Assembly (NCBI RefSeq): GCF_902459465.1
Contig: NC_047082.1
Coordinates: forward strand, 6,758,001 to 6,822,000
Length of the DNA stretch: 64,000 nucleotides
From: Asterias rubens
Taxonomy: Eukaryota
Reading direction: 5' to 3'
Each line of letters starts with the position of its first letter. Position 1 is the first letter of the stretch. The notes beneath the pieces are model-generated. The model had not been told where the DNA came from, ran no database searches, and saw only the letters and a program-made list of their open reading frames with translations. Positions 11,264-23,374 of the stretch are shown here, piece by piece. A program made the translations under genes and the position numbers.

Positions 11264-11910
11264 CTGAAAAGAAGAAAAAAAACATACAAAATACTTTCTC
11301 ACTGTGTTTTTTCATGATACATGTGCTTGTTTTGAACAGGCAAATTGGATGAAATTCAAGAGGTTTTTTTTTTGCACATTGTGGTGATTAGTTAGACATA
11401 TATGATTAGTTCTCGGGAAGATTGATGTTGGATCCATTGTGTATTTGGTTTTGTTCGTCTGGACAACACAAGGTAAGAGCGCCAACTGGTCACATGTTTA
11501 TTTGATGGGGTTTTTGTGCTGTATAGTTATTATACAATGGTGCATAACGCACCATTCTTTTGCGCATTGAGGCCCACTGGTATAAGAGCACGCTGTAAAT
11601 ATGTATTATTTTCAGTTCACGCTGTTATTGCGCAGGAATCTAGAATGGTTTTCATTTAGGTCAATAGATGATGTCGATAGAAGACCAACTGAGAGGTTCT
11701 GATTTTAACACCATTTGTCTGATTACTGCTACTATGATATTTGTTTTTTACTCATGGGCTGGAGGTTGATTCAAAAGAAAAATTGATACACAGTTCACCG
11801 TACCGGGGGCAGAATCTTCAGGGGGACAGAAGTCTCCTGCCACACCAGGAGTAACGGTCAATGAGTAAACTTAACAACATTTTACAGAACATGGAAAGAA
11901 ATATGCTTAC

Positions 11911-12547
11911 CTGGTCCAAATCCATATGAATATGCTCCGACATACAAGGTCAATGAGATAACTGCAACTATCTGCGCCAATCCAGGTCCATCCTCCATAG
12001 ACACACCACCAGTACTTGTAGACTCGGGCTTTAATGTTGTCATTAATGCACTGCCAGATTCATGTGGTGAAGTTCTATCACTGACTTGGCTTAAAGCAGC
12101 AGTTGTATAGAGATTTCCTTTCTTAGTCCAGCTTGGTTGCTCAGGTACAGTCATCCCTGTCAAAAGTCCCCCTCCTGTTACCAACGGTGATAAGGTCACT
12201 TTTGTACTACTTGATGTTGACCTTTGAACTCCAGGATCCATCAATGATAAGGTCACTTTTGTACTACTGGATGTGGACTCTTGAATTGCCTCCCGTTTAA
12301 CTCTGTCTCTTCTTGTCTCTTTAAAATAACCTTTGCTTATTGATCCAACAATGCTTAGGAGTTCTGGTGAGCTTCTAGACATTTCCTTTACTACCGAGTC
12401 AGGAATTCTCAGCAAACTGAGGTCCATTTGGTTTACCGATCTGTCCAGACGGGATGTATCTTGCATTTGAGACATGACAACAGTTGTTAGATTCTCCTCT
12501 GAGAGGTTCATAAAGCAGGTCCTCTTAGTCGTAGAGGGGAGAGAGAC
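11911..12547 (-). CDS. SLC2A10/SLC2A12: SLC2A10/12-like exon 10 (large exofacial loop 9 plus TM10, ends YSYGFGP-G)
   Basis: cag/gtaagc, 637 nt; ORF 11882-12583. Confidence 0.9.
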
Positions 12548-12689
12548 CTGACAATTCAAAATAATAAACAAAGTTTTATTCAATGTAGTTTTATTCAGAA
12601 TTCAGAAAGATGAGAAAACTTACACTCATATCGTGTACAATGTGGCAAGTCAGTTTAGGACACATGTTTACATAGACGCCTCTCTTAAT

Positions 12690-12830
12690 ATTCATGCATG
12701 ACGTCACAATTCTTACCAAAAATGAGGCCATAGGCGCACGTCACGCCAACACTAGTACCAGCCACTTGGAGTGGCTGCGCCTATGGCCTTGTTTTGGGTT
12801 AGAATTGTGACGTCATGCATAATTATTATG
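12690..12830. mobile_element. Palindromic MITE with terminal TGACGTCA
   Basis: atgcatgacgtcacaattct...agaattgtgacgtcatgcat. Confidence 0.7.
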
Positions 12831-13246
12831 CCCTTTTCACATTGTTCATGTATATCTCTTATCCCTGGGAAAGCTTTTTACCCAACTGTTACCCCTGATG
12901 CACTTTCACACTGTCCCCGCAGATGAAATCCCCAGGTCCCTAGTCCACGGGTTCCGGCTGCCTGTTTTAAGATTACCCAAGGGTTTTACTGCTCACCCCT
13001 ACCACACAGCAGGGGTGGCTATTCCCTAGGGTATGTCGGTTTGCTGGGGTAGATCAGGGGTAGACAATCCTAGTAGTGAAAGGGCCGGCCATTGTTCCCT
13101 GTGGATGCCCTTGGGAAACAGACAACTATATATCTGGCTAATGTACACAATTGTTCTGACAAAAATCTGATTTGTTAGAGAAGTAAAATAAAAAAAAATT
13201 GTTTTTTTATATCAGATTTAGAGGGTCAAAATTGTACCTCGGTGAC

Positions 13247-13900
13247 AAAACAAGGAGTGATCATACATGTATGCAGCGATAGAAGGCAAAACCAGGAGTG
13301 ATCATACATGTATGCAGCGGTAGAAGGCAAATCCAGGAGACACATACATGTATGCAGCGGTAGAAGGCAAAACCAGGAGTGATCATACATGCATGCAGCG
13401 ATAGAAGGCAAAACCAGGAGTGATCATACATGTATGCAGCGGTAGAAGGCAAAACCAGGAGTGATCATACATGTATGCAGCGATAGAAGGCAAAACCAGG
13501 AGTGATCATACATGTATGCAGCGATAGAAGGCAAAACCAGGAGTGATCATACATGTATGCAGCGGTAGAAGGCAAAACCAGGAGTGATCATACATGTATG
13601 CAGCGATAGAAGGCAAAACCAGGAGTGATCATACATGTATGCAGCGATAGAAGGCAAAACCAGGAGTGATCATACATGTATGCAGCGGTAGAAGGCAAAA
13701 CCAGGAGTGATCATACATGTATGCAGCGATAGAAGGCAAAACCAGGAGTGATCATACATGTATGCAGCGGTAGAAGGCAAAACCAGGAGTGATCATACAT
13801 GTATGCAGCGATAGAAGGCAAAACCAGGAGTGATCATACATGTATGCAGCGGTAGAAGGCAAAACCAGGAGTGATCAAACATGTATGCAGCGGTAGAAAG
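13247..13900. repeat. Minisatellite, 16 x 41 bp
   Basis: Unit aaaaccaggagtgatcatacatgtatgcagcg(a/g)tagaaggc. Confidence 0.95.
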
Positions 13901-13968
13901 CAACAGAGGCCATGGCCTGCTCTGCTATAAATAGGGCCTACAACAAGTTTGTTTTAGGTCATGTAACA

Positions 13969-14160
13969 TTAAAGACACTGGACACTATTGGTGATTGTCA
14001 AAGACCAGTCTTCTCACTTGCTGTATCTCAACATGTGCATAAAATAACAAACCTGTGAAAATGTGAGCTCAATCGGTCATCAAAATTGCGAGATAAAAAT
14101 GAAAGAAAAAACACCCTTGTCACACGAAGTGGTGTGCTTTGGGATGGTTGATTTCAAGAC
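13969..14160. mobile_element. MITE family A, partial copy
   Basis: Left TIR ttaaagacactggacactattggtgattg. Confidence 0.7.
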
Positions 14161-14422
14161 CATCCGAAATACTGGGTGAGCAAACAAAGGACTAGCCCAG
14201 AAGGATTCAGTGATATTTCAAAGAAGACAATCATTTGACACCGAAATATTGGGGAAAATGGTTCTCGTAAGAATGGCCAACGTTTTTATTATAAGCGCTG
14301 GAAGCGTTGTAGAAATAAAGGGTCACAGGGCTTTTAAGTGTGGACCAAGCGCAAATAGCGCCGCAGCGCCAGGTTATTTTCAAGCTTATGCTGACTGATA
14401 TAGAGGGTCAAAGTTGTTGTAC

Positions 14423-14539
14423 CTGGGTGACAATACCAAGAGTGAATATAATGACAGTCATGATTCCAGCTCCAACCAGGAGAAAATGGCGTCTTCCTGC
14501 CTTGTCCACAAAACAAAGACACATAAATGTCGTCACCAC
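14423..14539 (-). CDS. SLC2A10/SLC2A12: SLC2A10/12-like exon 9 (VVTTFMCLCFVDKAGRRHFLLVGAGIMTVIIFTLGIVTQ)
   Basis: tag/gtacaa, 117 nt. Confidence 0.92.
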
Positions 14540-14710
14540 CTAAAGATGGAATAAGAACAATTGTTAATTTTTATTAGGGAAAGGTAAATATTTGGTTTGG
14601 TAACTCCGAGTAAAGCACCCATGTCATCCAGCAATTTTTCCCAGTAATTGTTCTTTTTAACGATTAGACTCCTTGCACCGACCTCCCATGCAGAGCTCAA
14701 CACCTTGCGC

Positions 14711-14982
14711 ATAGACCTTTTCGTAAATACCTCAAGCATTAACTGTTGAATAAGGTGCATGCTGGTCTAGCTAGCAATCAAACTTGATCGCTAGCTTGAC
14801 CAGCATGCACCTCGTTCCATGCCTAATGCACACGTACCAAGTACTTGATCGCTAGCTTGACCAGCATGCACCTCGTTCCATGCCTAATGCACACGTACCA
14901 AGTACTTGATCGCTAGCTTGACCAGCATGCACCTCGTTCCATGCCTAATGCACACGTACCAAGTATTTGCGATAAGGTCTAT
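14711..14982. mobile_element. ATAGACC-ended MITE containing a 3 x 61-bp internal tandem repeat
   Basis: TIR atagaccttttcgtaaatac / gtatttgcgataaggtctat. Confidence 0.75.
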
Positions 14983-15454
14983 GGTGACCCATTATCAACC
15001 CCAAATGGCATACAGATATGGTTCGCATCAAAATTAAATTTAGATACTAATTTATCTACTTATTTACATAAACTTATTTGTATTCAAACGGTTACAATTG
15101 GCACCAATAACAGGATGAAAAGGAAACAAGAATAAATGTTCAGTTTTATGGGGGGAAAACCCCAATAGTAAAAACCAACGCAATCAGGTAGGAACTAAAA
15201 ACCCAATCCACAAGCAAGGCTCCGGTCTGCTATGGGATTCCAACCAAGGTCAATAAAGGTACAGAAACAACTGAGCTAAACCCAATCCCATCACGTAATA
15301 ACACACATTAAATCTGACTCCCAAAATGCTGCCACCAAGGGGTGACGATGCATTTTATAAATAAACAAGAAGCCTTACATGTACATGTAGCTGTATGTCT
15401 TAACAGTTGTAATGCATTTCATTTGTGGTATTATTTGATATCTGAGATGAAAAG

Positions 15455-15750
15455 TTGCATCCCCTTGTGGTGATCCCCTGGCTGCCGCTTCCCAGGTTTG
15501 ATCATAAACTTGCGTATGATCTCTGGCTACACGTCAGTTAATGATTGTATGGTTTCTGGCTTGCACCCCTGAACAAAGATATTGACAACATAGGGAGACT
15601 GCCAACATAGATAGCTAGATAGCTCAGTTGGTAGAGTGACAGTACACTAATACGGAGGTCATTGGTTGAAATCCCGTTCTCATCTATTTCTTTTTGCTCA
15701 ACCCCAAATCATTTCAAATTTACTAACCAGATTCACTTGTGGTTTATTAT
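15455..15750 (+). mobile_element. Dispersed, diverged monomer of the 312-bp tRNA-core unit
   Basis: Colinear with the array unit; further fragments at ~4100-4200, ~4430-4545 and ~17625-17820. Confidence 0.75.
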
Positions 15751-15774
15751 TTTCAATATATAAATACAGCTTAC

Positions 15775-15885
15775 CTTAACTATTCCAAGTCCAACTGTTG
15801 CTAAAGTAGCAGCAGTGTTACTCTCAAAACCGAGAGATTTGAAGATTGTTGGTGCATAGTATAACACATTGGTCTGGCCAGTGAA
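15775..15885 (-). CDS. SLC2A10/SLC2A12: SLC2A10/12-like exon 8 ([37 protein letters not shown])
   Basis: cag/gtaagc, 111 nt. Confidence 0.93.
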
Positions 15886-16180
15886 CTGAAACAAACAAAA
15901 ACAATGCAAGTGAGATTATGCTTTGCATGACGTTCTCATGTTTTTAATGTAATCGACTAAATAATAACGACACCGTTTGTTATTGAAAACCAGGAATGTT
16001 TCATAAATAATGAATGTTTATGAGTGATGAGAAGATTTCCATGAAGTGAAATATGTAAGATTCAGTGAGGTTAAAACCACAGTTGAATGGTACAATTCCA
16101 TCTTTCAATGAATGGAAAATAGTCTCTCCATTGCAGGGATGCAAAACATCTATTATTTGTTTTACAGGCCTATAACATCC

Positions 16181-16458
16181 AAGTCCCGGTCGTGACACTT
16201 GTGTCCCTGAGCAAGATTCTTAACTATAATTGCTTCTCTCCACCCAGGGGTAAATGGGTACCTGTGAGGGCTGAGATGGTTCTTGTGATTGATTTAGCCA
16301 AGTAGCGTATATAATTGTCGCACAGGCTGTACACTTCCCAGGGAGTTGAGATGGTTTAAGGAATGATTTAAGGCCCTGTGACCAGGGGTAATAATGTTGG
16401 AAGCGCTTTGAGAAGCCCTCAGGTGTGAAAAGCGCTATATAAAAACGGGTTATTATTA
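16181..16458 (+). mobile_element. tRNA-derived SINE (5' truncated) with conserved central domain and (TTA)n tail
   Basis: gacacttgtgtccctgagcaag...ccacccaggggtaaatgggtacc core; LINE-like tail aagcgctatataaaa. Confidence 0.8.
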
Positions 16459-16462
16459 ATTA

Positions 16463-16778
16463 ATAATAATTGGTTTTAAAATAGCACTTTATACACCCAA
16501 AGGGCGTCTCAAAGCACTTCCAACATTAGGTTTCTGGTCACTGTGCAATCTCAGCTCCCTGGGGAGTATACAGCTGTACAACACATACGCGCTACTAAGC
16601 TATCACAAGAACCATCTCTGCCCTCACAGGTATCTATTGACCCCTGGGTAGAGAGAAGATATTGCTGTTAATTGTCTAGCTCAAGGACACATGTGTCACA
16701 ATCGGGACTCAAACCAACACTCTGCTGAACAGAAACACCAGAGCTTGAGTTCGGTGCTCTTATCCGCTCGGCCATGAC
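16463..16778 (-). mobile_element. Same SINE family, inverted, tail-to-tail with the previous copy
   Basis: Reverse-complement similarity; A box gtcatggccgagcgg. Confidence 0.8.
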
Positions 16779-16897
16779 CATGATGACACCCACAGCAAAT
16801 CATTATTATTTGAGAATGAGGATGAAACTGGGAGAAAACACAGAGGAATCTGCTTTTGGGGGGATCATCTTTTGAACAAATAAACAGAAAGACATAC

Positions 16898-16984
16898 CTG
16901 CTGAAAAAAAACTAGTCCAGCACCAATAAGAAAGCGCCCTCTCATGTTGTTCACGGTACTCAGAACATCCCACACTCTGTAGTC
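16898..16984 (-). CDS. SLC2A10/SLC2A12: SLC2A10/12-like exon 7 (DYRVWDVLSTVNNMRGRFLIGAGLVFFQQ)
   Basis: aag/gtatgt, 87 nt. Confidence 0.88.
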
Positions 16985-17398
16985 CTTCAAAGACAATTCA
17001 ATTTAATTCAATTTAATTCAGCTGACTGTAATAAGAGTACATTCATTGCAACTCAATTCTTTACATGCAACACAAAATAAAAAGATGGTACTAACACATT
17101 TCGCTCAGCACTCTGAGCAAAATACAATGTGCTGCCCAGCACAGATTTCCCTCAGATTTCACTTCAGCAATGATGGCCCCATAACATCAATAACTTTGTT
17201 GAAACGCTCACCCTTGGTGGATGGACTAAATTGGATTTAGAGTCCGACCACTAAAATTGGTCTAGCTACAACACTGGTTGCACACTAGTTTTTGAGAGAG
17301 TACATTTATTGGAGATCTTTGAATTGTCAAAAATAAAAGAAACAAAGTCTTAAATAGCAACACATTTCCCGGCAGAGTTCCGTTTTCTTATTACTAAC

Positions 17399-17594
17399 CA
17401 GTTCTGTGAGTAATGAGTTTCTAATGACACTCAGTTCCCCCTCGATGAGCTCAGTGCCTCTGAGTTTCTGCAAAACCGTTCTCGCCTGTGACTCTTTCCC
17501 TTTCTGCATCAGGAACCGTGGGCTCGGAGGGAGTAAGAACATTCCAACCCCTTGGATAACAGCTGGCAATATTGATAGACCAAACATATACCGC
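17399..17594 (-). CDS. SLC2A10/SLC2A12: SLC2A10/12-like exon 6 (RYMFGLSILP...PPSPRFL...LLTEL)
   Basis: cag/gttagt, 196 nt; within ORF 17327-17773. Confidence 0.9.
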
Positions 17595-18173
17595 CTGTAA
17601 ATAATAGAGCCAACAGTTACAGGTTGAATGACTTCTGACTGGCACTCCCCAAACAAATTGAATGGGGAGACCGCCACTATAGGGCTATAGATAGCTCTGT
17701 TAGTAGAGCACCGGCTTGTTAATCCGGAAGTTGCAGGTTCAAAACCTGCTCTAGTCACTTCATTCAACCCCAAAAATGTATTGACATTTATCCAGTCAGT
17801 TTTCCTTGTGGTTTATAGCATGTACCTTAAATTTTGTGCCACAAATTCAAACCGCTGACCTACATATACATGTGACTATACAAAAAATGTTAAACATACT
17901 GTAGTGTTAGCCATGAGTGTCTGGGCGTCTTTCGGCAACCTTGTTTTAAATTTGGGCAACATGTCTTATGTTTTTTTGTTTACATAAAATTGTAACGGAA
18001 GAAATTGAACACCAAAATTTTAAATTTTCAGAAAATGTTTACACCCTTTTACCAAATCCTGCTACTTAAAAGTATTAGAACACGCAAATGCAATGAATGT
18101 GATTGTGGTATTTGATTACATGGAGGTGCATTACTGTAACACAAAACTGTATAACTTAAGGATTTATAAGCAG

Positions 18174-18415
18174 GGCCCAATTTCATAGAGCTGCTAAGCA
18201 CAAAAATTTGCTTAGCATGAGATTTCTTCCTTGATAAAAACCGGATTGCCAACCAAGTTTCCATGTGATTTTCAGGACAAGCAAACAACAGCTGAATACC
18301 AGTAAAGAGCAACATGCAATAAATGAAAATTTGGTTGGTAATCCTGTTTTCATCAAGGTAGAAATTTCATGCTAAGCAAATTTGTGTGCTAAGCAGCTCC
18401 ATGAAATTGGGCCCA
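18174..18415. mobile_element. GGGCCC-ended MITE (relatives at ~35650-35907, ~46252-46440, ~31405-31530)
   Basis: TIR gggcccaatttcatagagctgct / agcagctccatgaaattgggccc. Confidence 0.8.
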
Positions 18416-18590
18416 GGTCAAATCGTCAAAACTGTTCAAACATAGTACACATTTCAAAAGGGCCTGACTGCATGAATGATGAATTGTAATTTTAATGTTT
18501 TTAGATTCGCAAATCCAAAGTGAATTCCACTTTATATTGTTTTATGTATAAGTGTGACAATAAAACCGAATGAATGAATGAGTTACTTAC

Positions 18591-18694
18591 CATCCTGATG
18601 GCACTGATATTAAGAAGAAGTTGACAAGATACGCTACGAGGATACCTAGGGTAATTCCAACTTCATTCACACACACTAACTGACCTCGCTTTGT
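18591..18694 (-). CDS. SLC2A10/SLC2A12: SLC2A10/12-like exon 5 (TKRGQLVCVNEVGITLGILVAYLVNFFLISVPSG-W)
   Basis: cag/gtaagt, 104 nt. Confidence 0.92.
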
Positions 18695-18805
18695 CTGTTA
18701 AAGCAATCAATGGAAGCATGAGAAGAAGGATGGTATGACATGCCTACATGTGTATGTGTAGTGTAAAACAATGGTTATGGCTTTGGCTTGAGTTTGACTC
18801 GACTG

Positions 18806-19244
18806 TTAAAAGATTTGGGTACTTTTTCAAAATGTCCATAGATTTACATTGAATTTACACGGTTTGAAGATAATGTAGAAAGCTTCCCTTCAAATATTAC
18901 TTACTGAGGTGCTGTAGTTTTTGAGAAATGAGCAAAACAAGTCACACAATAATTTTCGTCTCAGTGAGACGAAAATTATTTTAGCATGTAAAAATGTTTT
19001 AACCAATTATGGTATTATACCACCATAACAGGTTAATACGCTTTTACATGTACATGTACATGCTAAAACTGAGACGAAAATTATTTTTGTGACATTGTTT
19101 TACTCATATCTCAAAAACTACAGCACCTCAGTTACTAATATTTTAAGGGAAGCTTTCTACTATCATTATCTTCAAACTGTGTAAGTTTAATGTAAATTAG
19201 TGGACATTGTGTTTTGTGTTAGAAAAAAGCACATAGACCCTTAA
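18806..19244. mobile_element. TTAA-flanked palindromic MITE family C (related fragment at ~1475-1604)
   Basis: Long internal inverted repeats, TTAA ends. Confidence 0.7.
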
Positions 19245-19969
19245 CATTACAACCAGTGGCTTCTTATATGATGCTCCAATCCGTCACTTGTGATGCTCAT
19301 TTTGTGATTGTAAAGTCTAGAGAGCTCGAAGTGCACTACAATTTCTGATGCGTTTGGTTTTTAACTTTTTAATGTTGGCAGAATAAATAAATTTAATCTA
19401 ATCTAATCTAATCTCATGGCACTCCAAAATTATTATAATTTATCTTGTTACAGTTCATGGCAAAATTTGACCTTTGCCAACAAAATGGTACAATTTTGAT
19501 AGCCATAAACTACGTTAGCTCAAGTATTTAAAAAAACAAAAATCGTGCACACGTGAAACTCATTATGGTTGGGACCAACTTATTCACTCAAGTTTGAATA
19601 TGCGTGAGACTTGCACAGTCTATGAGAGCATTAGTCAGTTAGCGGTTGCATTCCACTCTGATGATTTTAACAATATCTTTGAAAAGTTGATGGTTGGATA
19701 TTAACGATTTCTTCCAAAAACAATATTTAAGTTTCTCCTCACGAGTATCTGGAATACTTGTGAATTAACAAGGGAAACAAGAATAGTTTCAGTTTACTTA
19801 AACTCATTCTGGATCCAAACCCTCAAAAATACATCCCCTTGTTTTGCTTTATACTTTGATTGATTCAGTATTGCACAGCTAATGGTATCAGGCAATAATC
19901 TTCAAGAATGATGCAGCCATTTGTTAACCTTCCACTTAAATCAAGGCAGAAAGGGGAGAATAATATTTT

Positions 19970-20296
19970 AATAATAACAATAATAACCAGTTTTTATATA
20001 GTGCTTTTCACACCCAAGGGCTTCTGAAGGTGCTTCCGACATTATTACTGGTCACTGGGCTTTAAATCATTCCTTAAACCATCTCAACTCCCTGGGGAGT
20101 ATACAGCCTGTGCGACAATTATATGCGCTACTCGGCTAAACAAATCACAAGAACCATCTCTGCCATCACCCATTTACCCCTGGGTGGAGAGAAGCAATTA
20201 TAGTTAAGTGTCTTGCTCAGGGACACAAGTGTCACGACCGGGATTCAAAACCACACTCTGCTGAACCATTCGGTGCTCTTATGGTCTCGGCCATGA
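19970..20296 (-). mobile_element. Same SINE family, full-length copy
   Basis: Head, central domain and (TTA)n tail. Confidence 0.8.
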
Positions 20297-20491
20297 CACC
20301 CTATACAAATGATAAGTGCTCATGAGTGCAATGGTGGGAATATTTTTATGAATTGAAAGGTGAGAGATTAATGAGAGATCGCCTTACATCACAAGGCCCA
20401 CAGCAACTTCAAGATGAGAGCCTTGGTATGCGCAGTCATTTGGGTAAAAACAAAACTCATAGGTTTGATTGAAATAGGGAAAATAAATTAC

Positions 20492-20575
20492 CGATGGGGA
20501 GATTTCTGAGATGTAGATGCATTCTGCTATGGCCGACAATGAAACAGCAAATCCAACGATCAAGCGACCGAGAAT
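20492..20575 (-). CDS. SLC2A10/SLC2A12: SLC2A10/12-like exon 4 (ILGRLIVGFAVSLSAIAECIYISEISPS)
   Basis: cag/gtaatt, 84 nt, phase 0-0. Confidence 0.92.
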
Positions 20576-20593
20576 CTGAAAAGCAATAAAACC

Positions 20594-22330
20594 AAACTAG
20601 ACATTAGGTGTTTGTGAACAAACACAAAGCTGTTCCGTGTTCTTTTGGAGTCTATCACTGAAAAAAAGTTTGAACATGTTCAATAGTGTTTTGAGTTATG
20701 GTGCCACTTCCTGTTCACCTGGACATAGAGGTCGACATGGAGTCACGGTAACATAAGGCTAATCTCCAATGTAACCCTAACTGAAAAAAGTTTCAAAATC
20801 GATATTGTCCCACTTTGGGTTGACCCGGAAGTAGAGGTCAAGTTGAGGTCACGTTTTTTTTGCAATTTATCTCTAATCCCCAAGGAGTCTAAAACTACCA
20901 ACAGTCTAAAAATCGGCCGTGTACTTCTTGAGATATGGTCCCACTTCCAGTTGACCCGAAAGTAGAGGTCAACTTGAGGTCACGGTTTTTCAAAGTTTAT
21001 TTTTAACGCTTTAGGGGTCTAAAACTGAAAAAAAGTTTGAAAATCGGTTGTACAGTACTTGAGATATGGTACCACTTCCGGTTGATCCGGAAGTAGAGGT
21101 CAACTTGAGGTCACGGTTTTTCAAAATTAATCTAATCTCCAATCCCCAAGGAGTCTATAACTACAAACAGTCTGTTAAACGGCCGTGTACTTCTTGAGAT
21201 ATGGTGCTACAAAGATTTCCCAATTAAATATGTAAATGTGGGTCACGTGGTTAATTAATTACGAACTTTAACATTTTTTTGGTCGGTGGTTTGATGTTTG
21301 ATCTAGTACAAGTTGATTTCACAGAACTCTTAACCACCAAACTCTGCGCTTATGATCACCACTTGTCGCTTACTGTGTTTTGAAACCTCATCGAGTCATG
21401 CATGCACACAGGTTATGTTGGGCTAACATTTGAGAAAAAGAAAAGGCAACACTATCGATATAAAGATAAGAATCAAACTTAAATATTACAAAAAGAATTT
21501 TTATTTTAGTTTTGGGGGATAAAAAAATATTGATTCCGGACGGAGATTCGAACTCGCAATTGTCAGATGTGTAGTCGCGACTGATGACCACTAGGCTAGA
21601 AGGGAACGATGTAAAATTGGTGGGTTTTTACATGTGTGCATCAACAGAGGGGATTATGATCCGGCGAAATAATTCTTTTTTCATGATTTTGCGACCATTG
21701 TCACTGAATATGAACTGCTAACGCCTACAACTATTAAGTAGGGTTGAAATGTAGTTTTAGATGCCTTTAGGGGTTTTTGGCGACGACGTCAATGTCGTCA
21801 AAAACCCCTATCTAATTACGCACGTTCGTTTTAACGAAAACCCATGCACAGAGTAATTGGTCCAGAACGCGGTTAGAAAAACAAGGACAAATTTAACGCA
21901 CCTCCGTACTTTGTGCGTGTACAGAGTAATGTGTCCAGAACGCGGGTAGAAAACAAAATAGTATAGACTCCTCTCAAGAAGTCAACAACTCATTGAGGTA
22001 CATACTGTGTTGTATTACCAAAGAGAATGTTTCACAATAACATGAAAGTGACTGCATCAAGTTTACAAATTAAAAATTCAAATGAAGACCACGTAGTTAA
22101 TTAATTAAGAATTTTAACACTTTTTTATTAGAGTAAAGCTTATGTTCTAAGCTTCAATTTGATATATGATTTAACTCTTTTATCCTAATACTTTAGGAGT
22201 AGGGGCCTAAACAAAAACGCTGTACAAACGCTATGGGGTTTTAGGTGGAAACAAAGAATAATAATAATAATAATAAAAGTAATAAAAATCTCAACGAAAA
22301 CAATCCGACGGTAGGTCGGAACAGCTAATA
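20594..22330 (+). mobile_element. Non-autonomous Helentron/HINE-like element with ~130-bp internal tandem repeats
   Basis: Subterminal inverted repeat agctgttccg (20628) / cggaacagct (22317); 3' hairpin tccgac-ggtag-gtcgga after (TAA)n; repeated gacccggaagtagaggtcaa units. Confidence 0.6.
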
Positions 22331-23158
22331 ATATGCTGGACAATAGTCTCATTTCCGAATGTTAATTATAATAATGGTGCCCTTGAAATATTCCTTTAGG
22401 AATTCACATTGCCCTCCTACAGTGCCCTCTACGAAGAGAAACCTACCTTGCCAATTACAAGAAAAAGTATGAGGGCTGTATGGCCTGCACAGACTGCAAC
22501 ATCTACAACATCTACAAAGTTCTAGATGAGTACATTGTATTGTACACTTGTCATGACCCACAGCTCTACAGGTATTTAGGCCCTATTTGAGTTGCCGTCT
22601 ACACAGCTATGACTACGGCTGTTGCTAAGGGTGTTGCTAAGGACCTCCTATACCTCAATGCATGATGACGCGGACATCTAGCTGTAGCCGGCAATTCAGA
22701 CACAAATTCAACTCACAAGACGAAAATAAGGTCAAAAAAGTGTGTTCAATGTCACAGGCCTGTATGCTTCGTTTTTGAAAGGGCAAGGACACCAAGGCAT
22801 TTTCTCCTTGGTAAAGGGCACCGATTAGGATATTGTAAAATTCTACTGTTAGCATTTCAAGGGCACCAAGGCAATGACCAGGGCCATGGAGGCAAACGCC
22901 TTTGTTGCCTCCATGTTGTATATAGCAGGTGCTTAAAAAATGTCTGTAAATACTGCTTATTACATGATCCAAGTATAACTACCCATTGTAGAATGCAGAA
23001 AGTACCTTGCAGCACAATGCATGTCGACCAACTTTGCCCACCATTTTGGGAGTCAATTCTTTTTTGTACATTTATAGTCCCAAACTGGCGGACATCATAG
23101 GCGTTTGTAAGTACGCTGCCCATTGTGCAAGAGGTTAATAACATTACATTGTACTCAC

Positions 23159-23265
23159 AAGTATTTCATAGATAGGAGCACAGGTTAGTATGACTGCCCC
23201 AGTTATGAAGATTCCAGTATTTATAATGATGGACCAACGACGCCCGATCCAGTCCACTAGAAACC
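23159..23265 (-). CDS. SLC2A10/SLC2A12: SLC2A10/12-like exon 3 (FLVDWIGRRWSIIINTGIFITGAVILTCAPIYEIL)
   Basis: cag/gtgagt, 107 nt, DxxGRR motif. Confidence 0.92.
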
Positions 23266-23374
23266 CTGAGAAGAAATATAAAACCACAGAGTTAGAGACA
23301 GCTTTTCACTTTTTACAATAAAAACAAAACATCACCAATATTTTACAAGGAAATTGTGTCTCTTTGTAACTTAC

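Noticed and set aside
13247-13900. CRISPR-like array (also 9733-9963, 42069-42493)
   Set aside because: Contiguous units with no unique spacers, in eukaryotic DNA with no cas genes.
22445-22500. Hydrophobic pseudo-exon ending LFLVIGK|gtaggt in SLC2A intron 3
   Set aside because: All transmembrane segments are already supplied by other exons, and no convincing acceptor.
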